This document shows, one piece after another, positions 60,326 to 60,452 of a DNA stretch of 60,452 nt. How positions within the stretch are numbered: the first letter of the stretch is position 1; each line of letters opens with the position of its first letter. Under the pieces are notes generated by a model, which was not told the origin of the DNA, searched no databases, and was given only the letters and a program-made list of their open reading frames with translations. The stretch is from Haloferula sp. (lineage in GTDB: Bacteria; Verrucomicrobiota; Verrucomicrobiia; Verrucomicrobiales; Akkermansiaceae), in the NCBI GenBank assembly GCA_007126655.1, contig SLAV01000084.1, positions 1 through 60,452 of the forward strand. Reading direction: 5' to 3'. Position numbers and translations under genes: made by a program.

Positions 60326-60452
60326 GGTGGTGGTTTTTGTGATGCGTTTGAAAGTGACATACGTCAATGACCCGCAATGACAAACGCCATCACGGAAAAA
60401 AGAATTGTCTTCATGCGGTCAAGTTCATTTTTCCGCCGCATTGCGTCTTGGA

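Overview
GC-rich bacterial chromosomal window, most likely from a Verrucomicrobiota (Luteolibacter/Haloferula-like) organism. This is inferred from a PEP-CTERM gene, a sulfatase, a PVC-type CxxCH protein, a short ATP synthase delta subunit and heptamer repeats. Most of it is core genome: the atpBEFHAG operon, HU, gpgS, aas-like, parA, a complete mrpABCDEFG operon, tyrA-aroA-cmk-plsC, a photolyase, bioB-lipA, two ECF/anti-sigma pairs, mutY, rsfS, sdhB, msrB, leuS, sbtAB and a glycan-related cluster. I found no rRNA, tRNA or CRISPR array. The observations most worth following up are: (1) a MenAT1-like antitoxin/nucleotidyltransferase pair at 10956-11800; (2) Lys at the E. coli H245 position of ATP synthase subunit a, together with Mrp, GpgS and SbtAB, suggesting haloalkaline adaptation; (3) a composite repeat and mobile-element hotspot at 17.5-19.3 kb with two heptamer arrays, two inward-facing REP-like hairpins, an IS701 remnant and a perfect 34-bp palindrome; (4) a candidate ~90-nt structured RNA upstream of rsfS; (5) heptamer repeats inside leuS; (6) apparent internal deletions in a MECR-like reductase and a PEP-CTERM gene. 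All product calls come from motif recognition by eye; no database search was run.
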